64,000 nucleotides of DNA from an uncultured Clostridia bacterium. GTDB taxonomy: Bacteria > Bacillota > Clostridia > Christensenellales > Borkfalkiaceae. The notes under the pieces are model-generated. The model was given only the letters and a program-made list of their open reading frames with translations, had not been told where the DNA came from and did not search any database. A program made the translations under genes and the position numbers. Of this stretch, positions 62,345 through 64,000 are shown in pieces. How positions within the stretch are numbered: the stretch's first letter is position 1; every line of letters begins with the position of its first letter. The stretch spans positions 2,465 to 66,464 of the forward strand of contig CALVXE010000001.1 of the NCBI GenBank assembly GCA_944368795.1. Reading direction: 5' to 3'.

Positions 62345-63463
62345 ATGCTGAATAATTTTTCTGCTCTTCCCACACCCGTCTATATCATTGACGAGGATGC
62401 GCTCAGACGCAATCTCGAAATATTAAGCGGCGTTGAGAGGAGAACCGGCTGCAAAATCCTTCTCGCCCAAAAGGCTTTTTCGGCGTATGCTTTCTATCCC
62501 CTTATCTCTGAATATCTGAGCGGAACGACGGCGAGCGGTCTGTTTGAAGCGCGCCTTGCCCACGAACATTTCAGGGGCGAAAATCACGTTTTCTGTCCCG
62601 CATACCTCGAAGAGGAAATGGATGAGCTCGCACGGCTGTGCGATCATATCGTATTCAATTCTTTCCGTCAGCTGCAAAAATTTACCCGACGTGCCAAAAA
62701 TGCAAGCGTTGGGCTGCGCATCAACCCGCAATATTCCACGCAGGGCGGCGGGATCTACGATCCGTGCGCGCAATATTCCAGGCTCGGTATTACGAAAGAA
62801 AATTTCTGCCCCGATCTTTTGGAAGGCGTGGATGGGTTTCATATACACACCCTCTGCGAACAGGGAGCGGAAGATCTGGAAGCGACCGTTCGTGCATTTG
62901 AACGCGATTTCGGCGAATATTTCCCGAAATTGAAGTGGCTCAATCTCGGAGGCGGCCATCATATCACAAAACCGGGATACAATATTCCTCTCCTGGAATC
63001 CGTTATTAAAAAATTATCCGACCGTTACGGTTTGCAGATCTATTTAGAGCCCGGAGAGGCGGTCGCACTGAATGCCGGATATCTGCAAACGCGCGTATTG
63101 GAGATCGTCCGCAACGGCATGGATATCGCCATTCTCGACAGTTCCGCCGAATGCCACATGCCGGACGTTTTGGAAATGCCCTATCGTCCTCCCCTTGCCG
63201 AAAGCGGCAAAGCCGGAGAAAAACCGTATACATACCGTCTCTCTTCGCGGACATGCCTTGCGGGGGATGTGATCGGGGACTATTCTTTCGATGCGCCGCT
63301 CAAAGAAGGCGATATCCTCACCTTCGGCGATATGGCGATCTATACGATGGTAAAGAACAACACTTTCAACGGCATGCCCCTGCCGGCAATCGCCCGAAAG
63401 CGCGGCAGCGCCTGCGAAATTCTGAAGACATTCGGCTATGCCGACTTTAAATCGAGATTATGA
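62345..63463 (+). CDS. nspC: Carboxy(nor)spermidine decarboxylase
   Basis: ATG 62345. LAQKAF, YDPC...SRLG, HTLCEQ, NLGGGHH, LEPGEA, HMPDVLEMPYRP, TCLAGD and YTMVK..TFNG. Confidence 0.95.
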   Translation: MLNNFSALPTPVYIIDEDALRRNLEILSGVERRTGCKILLAQKAFSAYAFYPLISEYLSGTTASGLFEARLAHEHFRGENHVFCPAYLEEEMDELARLCDHIVFNSFRQLQKFTRRAKNASVGLRINPQYSTQGGGIYDPCAQYSRLGITKENFCPDLLEGVDGFHIHTLCEQGAEDLEATVRAFERDFGEYFPKLKWLNLGGGHHITKPGYNIPLLESVIKKLSDRYGLQIYLEPGEAVALNAGYLQTRVLEIVRNGMDIAILDSSAECHMPDVLEMPYRPPLAESGKAGEKPYTYRLSSRTCLAGDVIGDYSFDAPLKEGDILTFGDMAIYTMVKNNTFNGMPLPAIARKRGSACEILKTFGYADFKSRL

Positions 63464-64000
63464 CAACCCCGAAAAACGACAATTTTTCTATGCCCGCGGA
63501 ATATGCCCCCCATTCTGCTACGATCATGATATGGTGCGAGCGCGGCGGAAGTTGGATCTACGGAGCCAAATACGCCCGACCCGTCTTCGCGGAAATCATC
63601 AAAACGATCTGCCGCGGAGAATTGGTATATCTCGCCGTTTCGGAAAAAGGAGAAAAAAGTGCGCGGGAGCATCTTGCAAAGGAGATCGAAGAGCAAAAAG
63701 TAATTTTGATCGATATTCCCGCAGATGACAGCTGGGCACGGGATATGGCTCCGACTTTTGTTTCCGACGGAAAGGAGATCCGCGCCGTCGATTGGGCTTT
63801 TAATGCCTGGGGAGGCGATTTTAACGGACTGTACAAAGATTATAAAAACGATGACGCTTTCGCCTCTGCGTTTGCCAAAAAAAACGGATTCCAATGCTAT
63901 TCGGCCCGCCCGTTTGTGCTCGAAGGCGGTTCCGTACACACGAACGGCAAAGGTACGGTGATCGCCACCGAAGAGTGCCTGCTTTCGCAAGGGCGGAACC
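63460..64000 (+). CDS. aguA: Agmatine deiminase (5' part, runs off the window)
   Basis: Read manually: ATGA overlap with nspC, then MTTPKNDNFSMPAEY.PH, DDSWARD..P, DW.FNAWGG and FVLEGGS.H.NG.GT...TEECLL. Confidence 0.93.
   Translation, partial: MTTPKNDNFSMPAEYAPHSATIMIWCERGGSWIYGAKYARPVFAEIIKTICRGELVYLAVSEKGEKSAREHLAKEIEEQKVILIDIPADDSWARDMAPTFVSDGKEIRAVDWAFNAWGGDFNGLYKDYKNDDAFASAFAKKNGFQCYSARPFVLEGGSVHTNGKGTVIATEECLLSQGRN

Noticed and set aside
1-64000. Cellulosome components, mobile elements, tRNA, rRNA
   Set aside because: No dockerin or cohesin repeats, transposase, integrase or structural RNA signatures were recognised.

Overview
Chromosomal window from a moderately GC-rich Firmicute, probably an anaerobic gut Clostridia member (inferred from gene content, SigA/SigG-type promoters and an L27 N-terminal extension). 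About 50 kb encodes surface-exposed glycan-foraging proteins on the minus strand. Block 1 (1-21137) is a LacI-controlled ABC-transporter operon with two paralogous solute-binding lipoproteins, four GH43 enzymes and three non-catalytic lipoproteins built from X2, Big_2 and a repeated CBM9/DOMON-like module. Block 2 (28041-58115) holds a GH92 lipoprotein, two InlB-repeat/GLUG beta-helix lipoproteins, two SGNH-domain lipoproteins (one catalytically dead), two LamG-metallophosphoesterases (one inside a ~1970-aa protein), ArsR-like and AraC regulators and three decayed genes. A shared 16-bp palindrome (consensus ANATTAACGTTAATNT) at four promoters links the two blocks. Between them lie rplU-rpmA without prp, a stand-alone GlmU acetyltransferase domain with glmM and glmS, and a kinase-GNAT fusion. 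The right end is a polyamine operon (decarboxylase-speE-CASDH-nspC-aguA) preceded by a large structured leader RNA with a terminator, resembling the ldcC motif. No tRNA, rRNA, CRISPR array or mobile element was seen.
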